Shown: positions 36,155 to 49,845 of the stretch, piece by piece
Numbering within the stretch: position 1 is the stretch's first letter
Layout: every line of letters starts with the position of its first letter
NCBI RefSeq assembly: GCF_001194135.2
Contig: NC_068983.1
Coordinates: forward strand, 150,836,541-150,900,540
DNA: 64,000 bases
Source of the DNA: Octopus bimaculoides
Lineage: Eukaryota
Reading direction: 5' to 3'
Notes under the pieces: model-generated
What the model was told of the DNA's origin: nothing
Database searches by the model: none
What the model saw: the letters and a program-made list of their open reading frames with translations, nothing else
Program-made: the position numbers and the translations under genes

Positions 36155-36305
36155 GTGAAAGCGCGTGGCTAAGTGGCAAGGATATTCGGCGTAAAATGTA
36201 TGTCTGTGGAGTGCGCAGCCACTTATACGTGAGTTTCACGATTAGGCTGTTCCATTGATCATATCAGCTGGAACAATCGTCGTCTTAGCCGACGGAGAGC
36301 CAAAC
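36155..36305 (+). mobile_element. SINE-C, internally deleted old copy
   Basis: GTCTGTGGAGTGCGCAGCCACTT..GGCTGTTCCATTGATC..CGACGGAGAGCC. Confidence 0.7.
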
Positions 36306-36334
36306 CATTTCAGGAAACTCAAAATGGAGAAAGC

Positions 36335-36822
36335 TGAGTATGTGATTAAAAGCTTGCTTCCCATCCAGATTGTTCCGGGTTCAATCCCACTAGTTGGAAA
36401 CTTGAGTGAGTGTTTTCATCTCTGGTCCTGGAGCGACCAAAGCATTGTGAGTAGATTTGGTAGACGGAAACTGAAAGCTCATTGTATGTGTGTGTGCGTG
36501 TATGTATGTATGTATGTATGTATGTATGTATGTATGTATGTATGTATATGTGTATGTATGTATGTATGTATGTATGTATGTATGCATATATGTATGTATG
36601 TGTGTATGTGTTTGTGTGTGCTCTCTCCACCATTTGAAAAAAATTAGTGTTGGTTTGTTTACGTCTCTGTTATTTAGCAGTTCAACAAAAACGAGTATTG
36701 ATATAAAAAATGCCAGGCTTAAAAAATTAAGCAGTGGAATCGATTTCCTCAATCAAATCCTTCAAGACGGTGCCCCAGCATGGTCGCAGTCCAATGAGTG
36801 AAACAAGTAAAAGGTAAAAGAT
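36335..36822 (+). mobile_element. SINE-A, full length, diverged, internal (GTAT)n
   Basis: TTTGGTAGACGGAAACTGAAAG..(GTAT)n..GACGGTGCCCCAGCATGGTCGCAGTCCAATGAGTGAAACAAGTAAAAG. Confidence 0.88.
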
Positions 36823-37289
36823 AATGACAAATCTTTGCTATATCAATAACCTTTTGAATTTGAAAGTTAAGAGTCACTTTGCTTTACATTTTTCTTGGAA
36901 AACTAAGATCCACCCAGGCTTTATGGTAATCTGTGGTGGTATAACCCTGTGCATCTATAATAATAGATTCAAATGAGAAACTTGGCAAGACACAAAAGCT
37001 GTAGGCCCATCGTATTCGTTCTATTTTCTCACACCTTAGACGAGAACTCCGCCTCTACTGAGCAACTGACCTCTGTGACAGTGTATGCTTTTGTTCCATG
37101 TTCCAAATATCAATGCTAGTTTTATCGTTTTCGTACTGAATAGCGATATTTAATGCTTGTCTTCCGGTGTTCCTTATTTTTAATAGCATGGATGTGTAAT
37201 CTGTAAAAGCATGTGTTTATGTCTGTATAGTTAATAAGTTAGGTCAATAAAAGGGTTGAAATATTCGTCTACGTAAATATAATCCTGTA

Positions 37290-37348
<59 letters not shown>

Positions 37349-37859
37349 GTCTGTGTGTGCATTTAAGATTCGCACCATTGATCATCCACATATATTTCTT
37401 TATGTATAAACTTTTTAGAAAATTCTCGATATGGTCATAATAGTTGAAGATTTTCTTGAATTAGAAATTAACTCTACAAAAAAAAAAATAAAACCTTCAA
37501 AAGACAATTACACAAATCTTGACAGAAGCTTTTGTGTTAAGCGTTTTCCGATGCTTTCAGCTTTGAAACACGCGTGTTATAAAGTAATCTGCATTGAAGA
37601 AGTTGTTTTTAGTTGTGTTGCCTGTTTCCGGCTTGTTTTTCAGATTTAGAATTCTTATAAAATATTCTTCTTTTGCCTTTCCTAGTTGATGACTATTTAA
37701 AATTTTTCATTTCCACAAATATCTAGATGTTCACTACACAGAACATTTCTAAGAAATGAATATTAGATGTTATGCTTATGTACCATAATCCGATGTATTA
37801 CTTTTGATCCTCTTTGGTCGATATTGTTCTCATTACATTGTTGGCATGTTCAGCTGTCG

Positions 37860-38480
37860 TCTTTGAGACTTAATGATTGGCGTAGAAGTGGAAGGTATCA
37901 TTTGTCTGAATGTAAGAAGCTATGGCTTTTAGGATCATGAGTGACTACACATATAATATTTATGTCTTTGTTTCTTGCCATCACCTTCATTGTGAGTGTT
38001 TCTTTGAGAGCCTGCGGTTGAGACTAACCTTTGCCTTGGTTACGATTCGATTTACTAAGTGTTCCGGGTATTTGTGTTTGTGAAGGAACATTTTTAGTCT
38101 ACTCGATTTCCTTACTATCAAAGTCGATGGGGTCGCTTTATGAATGCTATTTATGAATTTCAAGAATCTTGAAGGTCTTAATTCTGTCACAAAATATAAG
38201 CAGTCAACCAGGGATCTTTTCTAGTTTCCATTTCAAAAGGATTGCAAATAGTGATGAAAAGTAATACAAAATCGGACAGGAGATGTTTTCTTCAAAGAAT
38301 CCAGTCTCTGGTGTTGCAAACGTAGAGGCAACTTCCGTGGCCATGTCTGTGCATTTCATTTGAAAGCAATATTGGTTATCAAAGAAGTAGTTGTCTTCTT
38401 GCACGAATCGTAATTCTTCAGTGAAAAATCTGTTACGAATTTATCCTGCATTCCGTCTTTCCAAAATTCAATTATTTTGA
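37860..38480 (-). pseudogene. Penelope-like element RT remnant with internal deletions
   Basis: EDNYFFDNQYCFQMKCTDMATEVASTFA (N-Y-F..GTAMG..A-like); RLKMFLHKHKYPEHLV; VVTHDP. Confidence 0.65.
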
Positions 38481-38666
38481 ATCTCATAACACGACATAAC
38501 ACGACAATCATAACACCACAATTATACTTTCTTCTATGTTTGGGTAATTCTGTTTTTTCATTGTATTTTTTTATATAATAAATAATTTTTATTTAAAGAT
38601 AACTTTACTTCATACATATAAATGGAAATACGCTTATATATATGTATATATATATATATATATATA

Positions 38667-38930
38667 TTGTTATTGTTGTTGGCACTCCATCGCTTACGAA
38701 GTCGAGGGTTCCAGTTGATCCGATCAACGGAACAGCCTGCTCGTGAAATTAACGTGCAAGTGGCTGAGCACTCCACAGACACGTATACCCTTAACGTAGT
38801 TCTCGGGGATATTCAGCGTGACACAGTGTGACAAGGCTGACCCTTTGAATTACAGGCACAGAAGAAACAGGAAGTAAGAGTAAGAGAAAGTTGTGGCGAA
38901 AGAGTACAGCAGGGTTCGCCACCATCCCCT
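38667..38930 (-). mobile_element. SINE-C, young, 5' end lost in the gap
   Basis: Very similar to 29639-29890. Confidence 0.95.
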
Positions 38931-39776
38931 NNNNNNNNNNNNNNNNNNNNNNNNNNNNNNNNNNNNNNNNNNNNNNNNNNNNNNNNNNNNNNNNNNNNNN
39001 NNNNNNNNNNNNNNNNNNNNNNNNNNNNNNNNNNNNNNNNNNNNNNNNNNNNNNNNNNNNNNNNNNNNNNNNNNNNNNNNNNNNNNNNNNNNNNNNNNNN
39101 NNNNNNNNNNNNNNNNNNNNNNNNNNNNNNNNNNNNNNNNNNNNNNNNNNNNNNNNNNNNNNNNNNNNNNNNNNNNNNNNNNNNNNNNNNNNNNNNNNNN
39201 NNNNNNNNNNNNNNNNNNNNNNNNNNNNNNNNNNNNNNNNNNNNNNNNNNNNNNNNNNNNNNNNNNNNNNNNNNNNNNNNNNNNNNNNNNNNNNNNNNNN
39301 NNNNNNNNNNNNNNNNNNNNNNNNNNNNNNNNNNNNNNNNNNNNNNNNNNNNNNNNNNNNNNNNNNNNNNNNNNNNNNNNNNNNNNNNNNNNNNNNNNNN
39401 NNNNNNNNNNNNNNNNNNNNNNNNNNNNNNNNNNNNNNNNNNNNNNNNNNNNNNNNNNNNNNNNNNNNNNNNNNNNNNNNNNNNNNNNNNNNNNNNNNNN
39501 NNNNNNNNNNNNNNNNNNNNNNNNNNNNNNNNNNNNNNNNNNNNNNNNNNNNNNNNNNNNNNNNNNNNNNNATATATACATATAAGAAGGAATGACCCCT
39601 AAGTGGACATCCGATATGCTAGAAAGAGGTCATCAACGATCCAACCACAAAGAAAAATAATGTTCTCCAGAAAAAATTCAGCAAACACCAGAACATAAGT
39701 AGGCAAGACAAAATGGAAAATATACAAAATAAAGAATTAATCTTATACCGGTTTCCCCATCAACTTTTTTACTTAC

Positions 39777-39810
39777 CTAAAAACGTCCGCGGTTCATCAG
39801 TATAATCGTT
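39777..39810 (-). other. Candidate mini-exon, 34 nt (NDYTDEPRTFL+G)
   Basis: attattttgaatttag|...TTTTTAG|gtaagt; one open frame. Confidence 0.2.
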
Positions 39811-40801
39811 CTAAATTCAAAATAATTTGCAGAACTATACACGAATTGTCTTCATAAAATTTGACATGCGTACAGTTCTACCAATTACATTGGGGTTATT
39901 TTTCAAATGTCTCAGCTGTGGCCCGCTAAATTTCGGAAACAGTTCTGCAGAAGATAATTCACTGCAGTAGCCGGCAACATATACTTTATGTTGCCGGTTT
40001 TTTATGAGGTGCTTTGTGTCTTCTTAGCAAGAAACTTTTAGAATCCCTTATTATACAGTGTATATTAAATCACACACACACACAATATCTATATCATATA
40101 CATATACATACAAATGTCTATATCTATCTATCTATCTATCTATATATCTATCTATCTATCTATCTANNNNNNNNNNNNNNNNNNNNNNNNNNNNNNNNNN
40201 NNNNNNNNNNNNNNNNNNNNNNNNNNNNNNNNNNNNNNNNNNNNNNNNNNNNNNNNNNNNNNNNNNATATATAAACAGAAGCTGGCACTCACTCGCAGAC
40301 AAACATACACAGTCGAATATCACACAGCACTAAATCAAAAGATAAAAGAAATAGCGCACTAACAACAATAACAACGACACTAACAACGACAAGAATAACG
40401 AGTCAATATTCAATGGTAATAATAAAAGTAAAAAGAAACAACAATAAAATGCACACGCACTCTTCGAGAGAAGCCAACAACATATAATATGACAACAATA
40501 AAAACAATATAAGTATGATTTCGTCGGACGGAGGTGTAAAAGCAGGCTATAGATAATCTATTGGGAAATCAAAGAAAGTTGTTAGTTAGAATACGACATT
40601 CTAAAGGGAAATAATACAGTACCATATGAGCTTTCAATCTTAAAAATCTTGCTTCGTACTCACTAAGTATGTACATATGTGCATATACATCAGCAGATGC
40701 TGAATCACACATACATTATACACATGCTCAAATATAAAACTATATAACACAGACTATATATATACATTTGATATACATACATTCTCTCTCTCTCTCTCTC
40801 T

Positions 40802-40869
<68 letters not shown>

Positions 40870-41409
40870 TGTGTATTGTGCATAAATGTTCGTAAATACG
40901 CATTTATTTATGCCAGCACAATTGTGTATATGTAATTGTGGGGGAAATTAAGATAGGGTAGGCGGATGGGTTTAAAGTGTGCAAAATGAGTGTGTAAGTG
41001 TGTGTGTGTGTGTGTGTAAGTGCGTGCGATAGCGGGAGTGTTTGACTTATTTTTGATTCATCACAAAGCATGGAGAGACAAGAATAGTTGATATATATAT
41101 ATTCATCATTCATACATACGTGCATATATATGTATATATACACACACATATATATGTGTGTGTGTATGTGTATATATACATATATATGTATACATATCTG
41201 TATACATACACACACGAACGCACACACACACACGAACGCACACACACACACGAACGCACACACACACACACATACACACACACACACATATATATGTATA
41301 TGTATATATATATAGAGTTATTAATATTTCTAAGTCTCTCTAAAGGAGACTACGGCAGCGGTACTGGAAATTAATAGTTATNNNNNNNNNNTGGAGAGAG
41401 AGAGATAGT

Positions 41410-41463
<54 letters not shown>

Positions 41464-41699
41464 TAGATATAGATATGTATAAACGTATATATGTACATAT
41501 AGAAGCATGCGCATAGATTGATACATACTCACACGCATATGCGCGCGCGTTATTTAGGTTACATTGCTGTATGATTTAGATCTTTGGAGGATCTTCCTCG
41601 AATGTAATACCGCATCCTATCAAAGTCCAGACGTAATTAGTTTAGTTACATTGCATATTTTTACATTACTGCAGGAAGAAGTGTTGAAATTATTTTCTT

Positions 41700-42120
41700 C
41701 CACCAAACATAAATCGTAATTATGGGTCGTATTTAGGTATGGTTTGGTGGAGGTGAGTGACACTGTCTCATTGATTTTCTGGGAGCAATGTATGTGTAAT
41801 CTTGCATATGTGGTTAGCCTCGGTTATTTTAGTATGATGACCAGATATCAAGTTTAGCATATTGGTGTAACAGCTGTAACTCACTTTTATGTTACTCCTA
41901 TTGGCTAATTTTCTGTATTGGACATATTAACAGCATATAACGACCGTTTGTTCGTAGTTTTACAAATCATCCCTTCAGTGAGCTTATATATTAACTCCTC
42001 AGTCAGTCGATATGTTGGTACTTTGGCAATAGAAAATGTTATTGTGGGTGGTGAATATTGCCTTTTCAATTTCCGTCTCCGACGTTAACACACGATACTT
42101 TAGTATTTTACGCATTTGGT
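41700..42120 (-). pseudogene. Possible Penelope-like remnant
   Basis: KLANRSNIKVSYSCYTNMLNLISGH resembles the N..K(V/L)SYSC..N motif before the GIY-YIG domain. Confidence 0.45.
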
Positions 42121-43342
42121 TATATATATTTGCGTACATGCACTCTAGTTGTGCTAAGGCACTAACTTCAGTGTTATAATCAATTAGTTATACACTGATA
42201 CTCTTTTGTTGATTTCGTAAAAATGGAAACAAAATAACATATGAGAGATTTAGAATATGAAACCGAAATAACCACTATCCTCAAAACACATTTTGTCCGA
42301 CGATGTAGTATATGTAGTCGTAATACTTGTTGTTGTTATTGCCTAGCCTAAGGCAAATCTAGGTTAAATAGATCTGTGAATACATTATAAACTTTGCATT
42401 TTTCAGTTTTAGATCACTCATATCTGAGAAGTTTTGGTTATTCTTTCTGGAAGACCAAGTAATCGAATTTTTCTCTTTACATAGTAATAATTGTATAATT
42501 AGCTGTAGTAGCATAGCAACATCGCTGGTATTAGTTTATGTTGTAGGAGTAATAAAGGGTTATAGTAAATAGTGTAAGAAAAGACGAATGTGAAAGGAGT
42601 AATTTTTGAAATTGAGAAAAAGCGGAACAGTTATGGAAATAAATAGGTTATGTGGTGAGGAAAAGGTCGAGGGAGAGTGGATAAAAGGGATCATAAGAGA
42701 AGAGTGAGAAAAGAAGGGAAGGAGGGAAGTAAAACAGAAGTGAAGAGAGAAAGAAAGAAAACAAGACTGCAAAGAAGGACAACGAAAATGAAGAGTAACT
42801 TACATATATGACATACGTACAAAATACATATTAATGCGTACACATAAAATGTATGTATGTATATATGTATGTATGTTTGCATGTATGCTTGTATGTATGT
42901 ATGTATGTATGTATGTATGTATGTATGTATGTATGAATGTGTTTATGTATGAATATATATATATATATATGTATGCATGTATGCATGTGTGAATGTGTGT
43001 GTGTGATGGAAGCAGGCTCATTAATGAGCTAAGATCTCAAAAAATCGAATACGAGACGAAGGTTTTGATTCCAGTAATCAACTTTAGAAGGTAAAATGTC
43101 CCTTTCTCAAAGATGAAAATACGTTAAATTAAAAATTTTGAAGTAACATTGATTTGCGGAAACTTATTTCTTGAAAACCATACATAGCCAAAGATGAAAA
43201 CGGATTCACGGCATATGTTTATACTGTTGTGTCACCATGACCCTGGAATGAAACATGCAAATAAAGAAAACTAATTCCATTTTGCAAATAAAATAAAACC
43301 TTTGCTATTTCTGTTTTTTTAATTTTTTTTATTATTTTCAAT

Positions 43343-43545
43343 AAAGGCAGCGAACTCGTTGAAACGTTAGTACGCCGGGCAATATACTTTGCAATTTCTT
43401 CCATCTTTACGCTTTGAGTTAAAATTCGCCATTATCGACCTTGCCTTTCATCCTTCTGGAGTCAATATATCAAGTACCAGTTGAAATCTGGGGTCAATGT
43501 AGTCCCACCACCCAAACTACAGGCCTTGTGCCTATAAGTGAAAGG
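43343..43545 (+). mobile_element. SINE-B
   Basis: AAGGCAGCGAACTC..GCCTTTCATCCTTCTGGAGTCAATATATCAAGTACCAG..GGCCTTGTGCCTATAAGTG. Confidence 0.85.
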
Positions 43546-43924
43546 CTATTTCTTTTGTTCTATCCAAAGCAGTGCACTGATTGTAACCCATGCAGGTAGT
43601 CACACGGTAAGGAATTTAACGTTGATTTTGTTGTTTAGATCTTATATATCTCAAGTCGAGGAAACCTATAATAACATAAATATGTACACATTCATATCAT
43701 ATATACATATACATCTGTATATACATGTATACATATATGTTTATATATCAATTTATTCATCGACAGAAGTTACAAAGTGATTCAAAGTTTGTGAGTTAAT
43801 AAATAGTTATTTAGTTAACTCCTTATCTTATCTTCCTCCGATATAGTTCTATCGCTCTCATAAGTTTCTCCAAGTAGAAGGGAGGAATGCAAAAAACGAT
43901 TTTGACTTAGCCAGACCATACAGG

Positions 43925-43973
<49 letters not shown>

Positions 43974-44511
43974 TATATATATATTGGTCCAGTTGAACAA
44001 ATCACTCCAAATCTTTTTCATAGTATCCGTTTAAACAAAGTATGGACAAGATAGCTTGTAATGGCTTGGACTCCTGTAATATATTATAGATAAAGTCAAG
44101 CCAAATATATATATATATATATATTGAATGCATTTTATACACACGTTTCAGATCATTTTGCAAAAGAGGAATTCATCTCTTACACTATATTGTCTTCAGT
44201 TAAGGCATTTCAAAATATATCCTTACATATAGTCTTGACCAGTTTATATCAGCATAGCAACGTACTAAAGGAGAAAAGGATGCAGTAGAATTTGTGTAGA
44301 GAGAATATGAAAGTAGAGACACAAAAGGAGGAAAGGGTGGTTGCGTGGGGAGTGGTTGGAGGGGAAAAAGAAACTTATGAGAGTGATAGAACTATAGAAC
44401 TAAAGCGGTGGTAGAACACAGACAGACAGACAGACAGACACACACACACACACACACACATACACACACACATACACACATACACACACACACACACACA
44501 TACACACACGT

Positions 44512-44983
44512 ATTTCCTTTACTCCTTTACCTGTTTCAGTCATTTGACTGTAGCCATGCTGGAGCACCGCCTTTAGTCGAGCAAATCGACCCCAAGACTT
44601 ATTCTTTGTAAACCTAGTANNNNNNNNNNNNNNNNNNNNNNNNNNNNNNNNNNNNNNNNNNNNNNNNNNNNNNNNNNNNNNNNNNNNNNNNNNNNNNNNN
44701 NNNNNNNNNNNNNNNNNNNNNNNNNNNNNNNNNNNNNNNNNNNNNNNNNNNNNNNNNNNNNNNNNNNNNNNNNNNNNNNNNNNNNNNNNNNNNNNNNNNN
44801 NNNNNNNNNNNNNNNNNNNNNNNNNNNNNNNNNNNNNNNNNNNNNNNNNNNNNNNNNNNNNNNNNNNNNNNNNNNNNNNNNNNNNNNNNNNNNNNNNNNN
44901 NNNNNNNNNNNNNNNNNNNNNNNNNNNNNNNNNNNNNNNNNNNNNNNNNNNNNNNNNNNNNNNNNNNNNNNNNNNNNNNNNNN

Positions 44984-45036
<53 letters not shown>

Positions 45037-45205
45037 TACATATATACAACAGGCTTCTTTCAGTTTCTGTTTACCAAATCCACTCGCAATGGTTTGGTCT
45101 GCCCGAGGCTATAGTAGAAGACACTTGCCCAAGGCGCTACACTGAACCACGGACCATGTGGTTGGGAAGTAATCTTCTTATCACACAACCACGCCTACGC
45201 CTATG
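44512..45205 (-). mobile_element. SINE-A spanning the assembly gap
   Basis: 3' tail at 44512-44619; (CA)n and 5' half at 44984-45205. Confidence 0.88.
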
Positions 45206-45229
45206 GTACGCAACCTCACCATCAAATAT

Positions 45230-45660
45230 AAACCCATTAAACAAGTTTGATTTTTACCATATCTAGAATCTTGATGAAGGACAACTCCGAAACATTAAGA
45301 ACTCAAAATGCAAAATGTTCATAGTCAGCAACACATTCAGTTAAGCATCAGCAAATCCCAGAATCAACTGTCGAACGGATACTATTAAGTGTTCGAAAGA
45401 TGGGCAGTAGCTTTCAGTCCGGCAATGTCAACAGCGCGTAAAAACATAAACGCTACCTAAGAAGTAACAGACAAGAAGCAGGGGCAAAACATAGGAGCAG
45501 TATGATCATTATGTCTACACCTGCTTATAGTTACTAAGGAGAAATACAAGTTCCAAATCTCAAACGTAAACTGTCCTATTCTTATAACTACCAAGCATAG
45601 ACATTTTAAAATGTATTATAGGAAACAGGAACATATTAAGAAAAAGATATTGTTATCCCA
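45230..45660 (+). pseudogene. Possible Penelope-like remnant
   Basis: QQIPESTVERI and KLSYS motifs in the expected order; very degraded. Confidence 0.3.
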
Positions 45661-46374
45661 AGGACTATAGAACTAAAGCAAGCAAACAAACGAATATAAA
45701 TATCAAAACAAACTAACGAACTAAATGTAATAAACAATCATTAACATAATCAAAAATATACCTTGCGACATTCACGCATTCACGCACACGCATTCTTACG
45801 CGCGTTTCCAAGTCGTATGCAAACGCAATCATATATCTTTCCGTGTATTTGTAAAGTGCAGGTATCCGATTGTCGAACAGGGAATTGAACATGTATAATC
45901 TCCTAATGATGGTTTTAAGCACACAGAAAGGGAAGATGAAAGAGCAAGTGAGATCTAGAGAGGGAGAACAGCATGTGTGTGAGAGAGAGAAAGACACACA
46001 CAAATAGATAGACAGACAACATTTTTATATGTTGCCAAGAAAATGCCATCTGCCTTTCTTATCAATAGGAATACTTTACACATATAACCACCAGGGTTCA
46101 CTCATACTTTTCTTACTCCGCCCCAAAAGACCAATTTACAAGAATGATTCCTTTCTTAAAGACATACTATGTAACTCTATCTCTATGCTCTTTTTGTCTC
46201 ATTCATACATGTCACACGCATACACATATCTATAGAAGCAAACTGGGTATGTACACACAAAGAATAACAGATACGCAAGGATACTAATGTCTATATATGA
46301 ATATATTCCTTAATGGTCATCAAATGAAATATAATAATGGCTAAGATGAAAGCGCTCTTAGAAAACACAATGCC

Positions 46375-46525
46375 GTCAAGTGGTAAAGAGGCTCGCTTTG
46401 CAACCACATATATTCGGGTTCAGTCCCACAACAAGATACCTAGGACAAGTGTCTTCTATTACCAATGCTTTGTAGGTGGATTTGTTAGAAGGAAACTGGG
46501 TGGAAGTCCATCATATATATGTATG
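46375..46525 (+). mobile_element. SINE-A 5' half, old, followed by microsatellite
   Basis: GTGGTAAAGAGGCTCGCTTTGCAACCAC..GGTTCAGTCCCAC..CAAGTGTCTTCTA..GGAAACTG. Confidence 0.75.
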
Positions 46526-46874
46526 TGTGTGCGAGTGTGCATGTGTGTCTTTGTGACTGTATTACACATGTGAGTGTGTGTATGTATGCATGCATGTATG
46601 TATGTATGCATGTATGTACGTATGTATGTATTTCTCTCTCTCTCTCTCTTTATATATATGTAACACAAAAGAAGGAAAATGACACAATTTACATATTTTT
46701 AAATATATTTCACAAGATAGAATATTATCATAGTCTTCCGGTTTCGTGTTTTTCTAATTATGACTGGAAAGTTGGTGAAAACATTGCAATTTCGTAGTAT
46801 CTTCAGGAGATTTTAGTCCATATTGTTCATATCAGAGTTTGTTCGTAAATGAACCAACATGTAGGAAAATCTAA

Positions 46875-47404
46875 GGGGAGCAAGTCCTGCAAACCCTGGC
46901 AGAACAAAATCCCATCGTAACAGTTGAGGAACTAGCAGAGAAGCTTGGATTTGGTCATTCAACCATTCATCAACATCTACGTGACATCGGGAAAGTCATA
47001 AAATTGGGTGAGTGGGTTCCTCATAAACTTTCTGAATCTAATCGCGCGCCCACATGTAGCGAGGATGACATTCCAAAGGCTGGCGCAGTTTGAATAGAAA
47101 ACGATACCCCACCCACCAAAATTCGCCGGACATTGCTCCATGTGATCATTTATTCCGCAGTTTCCAAAATCATTTGGACGAAAAAAAAATGAATTCTGTA
47201 GACGAAGTCAGAACAGTACTGGAGGAGTATTTTTCGTCACGGACAAGTGAATTTTGGAAGAGGGGCCCTGCAAGTCTATCAGATAGATGGAAGAGCATTG
47301 TAGAAATGAAGGAGAATATATTTTAGATTAAAAATGAACTTTGTTTATCTTAATTTTTAAAAATAAAACTATAAGAAAACCGCATTATTTATGGAATGAC
47401 CCAA
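46875..47404 (+). pseudogene. mariner (DD34D) with a large internal deletion; right TIR followed by TA
   Basis: VEELAEKLG..HLRDIGKV..WVPHKL joined to PHVA..HPPNSPDIAPCDHLFRSFQN..RWKSIV; end TTATTTATGGAATGACCCAA|TA. Confidence 0.88.
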
Positions 47405-47488
47405 TATAAACATATACATGCATACATACACACACACACACATACATATATGCATACGTACATATATCCCTATCTCCCCCCCTCTCTC

Positions 47489-47554
<66 letters not shown>

Positions 47555-47562
47555 TATATATA

Positions 47563-47870
47563 TGTAGCTAAGAAATTTGCTCCTGAGTCACAAAGTCCCG
47601 AATTAGAACACACTGCATGCCATCTTGAACAGGAGCCTTTTAATCATGCCCTAGGACGATCCAACTCTTGTGAGTGATATTTACTTGGCAGAAACGATTT
47701 GGAAACCCCTCTGATAAATTGCACTCGTAATTTAAAGGTTTAGTTTTGTTGCTCTGTCACTGCGGTTCTGTCTGAGAATTGCATGAAAGGAACATGTATC
47801 TGCAAAAATGTTCCCTCCCTCATACGGTTGCTGAACGAACAGGTAGTTCTGTTTAACGGTCAACCGACGT
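47563..47870 (+). mobile_element. Old SINE with an A-type 5' half and a C-type 3' half
   Basis: CTCTTGTGAGTGA..GGCAGAAAC (A-like), then GTAATTTAAAGG..TGTCAC..CTGAGAATTGCATGAAAGGAACATGTATCTG (C-like). Confidence 0.45.
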
Positions 47871-47959
47871 AGATCAAATACACACGCACTTACATATGTA
47901 TATAAGGAAATCTATAAAGAAAGAAGGAAAAGGAGAGAGAGGTAGATAGATTATTAAAT

Positions 47960-48085
47960 AGATAGATAGATAGACAGATAAACTGGTAAGTAAATAGATA
48001 GATAGATAGACAGATAAACTGGTAAGTAAATAGATAGATAGATAAATAGATAAATTGATAGGTAAAATGATAGATAAATAGATAG
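47960..48085. repeat. (GATA)-derived minisatellite with a unit containing AACTGGTAAGTAAAT
   Basis: Two near-perfect units of about 35 bp, plus degenerate ones. Confidence 0.85.
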
Positions 48086-48372
48086 ATAGCTAGATAACCG
48101 GGTCGTTGGGGGACCAGAGAGATACATATGAAAATATATAGATGAACAGATACATTGATAAACACAGACGAACTAATGGGACTTTTGACACGTAGACAGA
48201 CCGGCGTGTAAGAGTAATGCCAGATATGATGTTGTGGATAATCAGAGAGTGAGAGAGAGAGAGAGAGAGGAGGGGGGAGAGAAAGAGAGAGAGAGAGAGA
48301 GGAGGGGGGAGAGAAAGAGAGAGAGAGAGAGGGAGGAAGAGAGAGATTTGTAGATACTCACACACACGTGCA

Positions 48373-48411
<39 letters not shown>

Positions 48412-48807
48412 AGAGAGAGAGAGAGAGTGTGTGTGAGCGAGAGCGAGAGAAAAGGTAGAGAACAGGCAATCAGATACATAGATAGCCAGAAAGAACGGAG
48501 AAAGAATTCAATATAAGCTTTTCTCACTGTGTCTCGGCGAGGCAATGTTACGACTTATCAAAATTGATTTTCTTCATTTTACTTGCAATTTCAATGATGC
48601 CGTCTTAATTACACACACAGTTAAGTGTTGATGGAATTTCTTGCCAAATATTACCCAAGAGTTTACAGACATTCAAATAGAATTGTTTTCCATCAAGCAA
48701 CGATGCCAATAATCTAATGAAAACCGAAAAGTCGTATATAATTGTATACGTATATATAGCTACATACACTTACACACACATGCACAAAGACACACAAACA
48801 CATATAT

Positions 48808-48868
<61 letters not shown>

Positions 48869-49520
48869 GTGTGTATCTATATATGTGTGTGTGTGTGTGG
48901 GTATGTATGTATGTATGACTGTATATCCATACATGTATATATGTATATACACAGAGACAGACACATATATGTACTTGTGTGTGTGCGTGTGTGTGAATGC
49001 ATGCATGTGTGTTGGTGTGTAAAAGCTCATGAGCGCGTGCGTGTCAACATTTTAAAAGTTATATTCAATTTACTCATTATATTCTTGCTCTTTGAGTCGG
49101 CAAAAAGCCAATTTGTGTAGAAGTGGGATGCACGGTCGAAGGCTTTGCTTTTCATGGCTACAGAGAACGTTGTTTCGTGGGTCTATAGGCTAGGGAAAGA
49201 TAATCACTGACATGGAACAATAGAAGGGTTCGATGAGGATGGGTTATCGTTCTCGTTTAGTCTCTAGCAGCTAGTAACTTAGAATAGACCTACCAAAATA
49301 CGAAAATACCATTCCAGACGCAGCCTCGCAACCTCTATTCACTTGCGGTACACTTATAATATTCTTTTCAAAATTCGGCGGCGCATCTTTACTAAAAGTA
49401 TAACTAAATGTGTAGGGAAAACAATTATATTCAGGTGACACTACGGCACACCTAGCATCGTTTTTTGGCACACCAGTGTGCCGCAGCAGACCGGATGCAG
49501 GGCACTGGTTAAGACCTTAC

Positions 49521-49603
49521 CTGGCCAGCAAACTGACAAAACTATACCTGTCATAATCATTCCAATTTGTTTTGTGTGTAGTGTAACGAGGGGTTTGGCA
49601 ACT
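49521..49603 (-). other. Candidate exon, 83 nt
   Basis: Acceptor ttccccccttcctccctgcag, donor CAG|gtaagg; two open frames, one hydrophobic (QIGMIMTGIVLSVCWP). Confidence 0.3.
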
Positions 49604-49733
49604 CTGCAGGGAGGAAGGGGGGAACTGAGAACAAGAGGCAGCAAACATTGTATACATGTATGAAGGAGTGCAACATACCAGTTTCAAATACTGGCAAAAG
49701 GCTAGCAATTCCGGGAGAAGTGATAAGTCCATG

Positions 49734-49845
49734 ACATTGACCCCAGTGAACTGGCATTCATTTTATCGATCCCGATAGGGTGAAAGGCAAAGTCGGCCCG
49801 GGCGGAATTTGAACTCAGAACTCAAAGACGGGTGAAAGAATGCTA
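49734..49845 (-). mobile_element. SINE-B fragment
   Basis: TTTATCGATCCCGATAGGGTGAAAGGCAAAGTCGGCCCGGGCGGAATTTGAACTCAGAAC. Confidence 0.85.
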
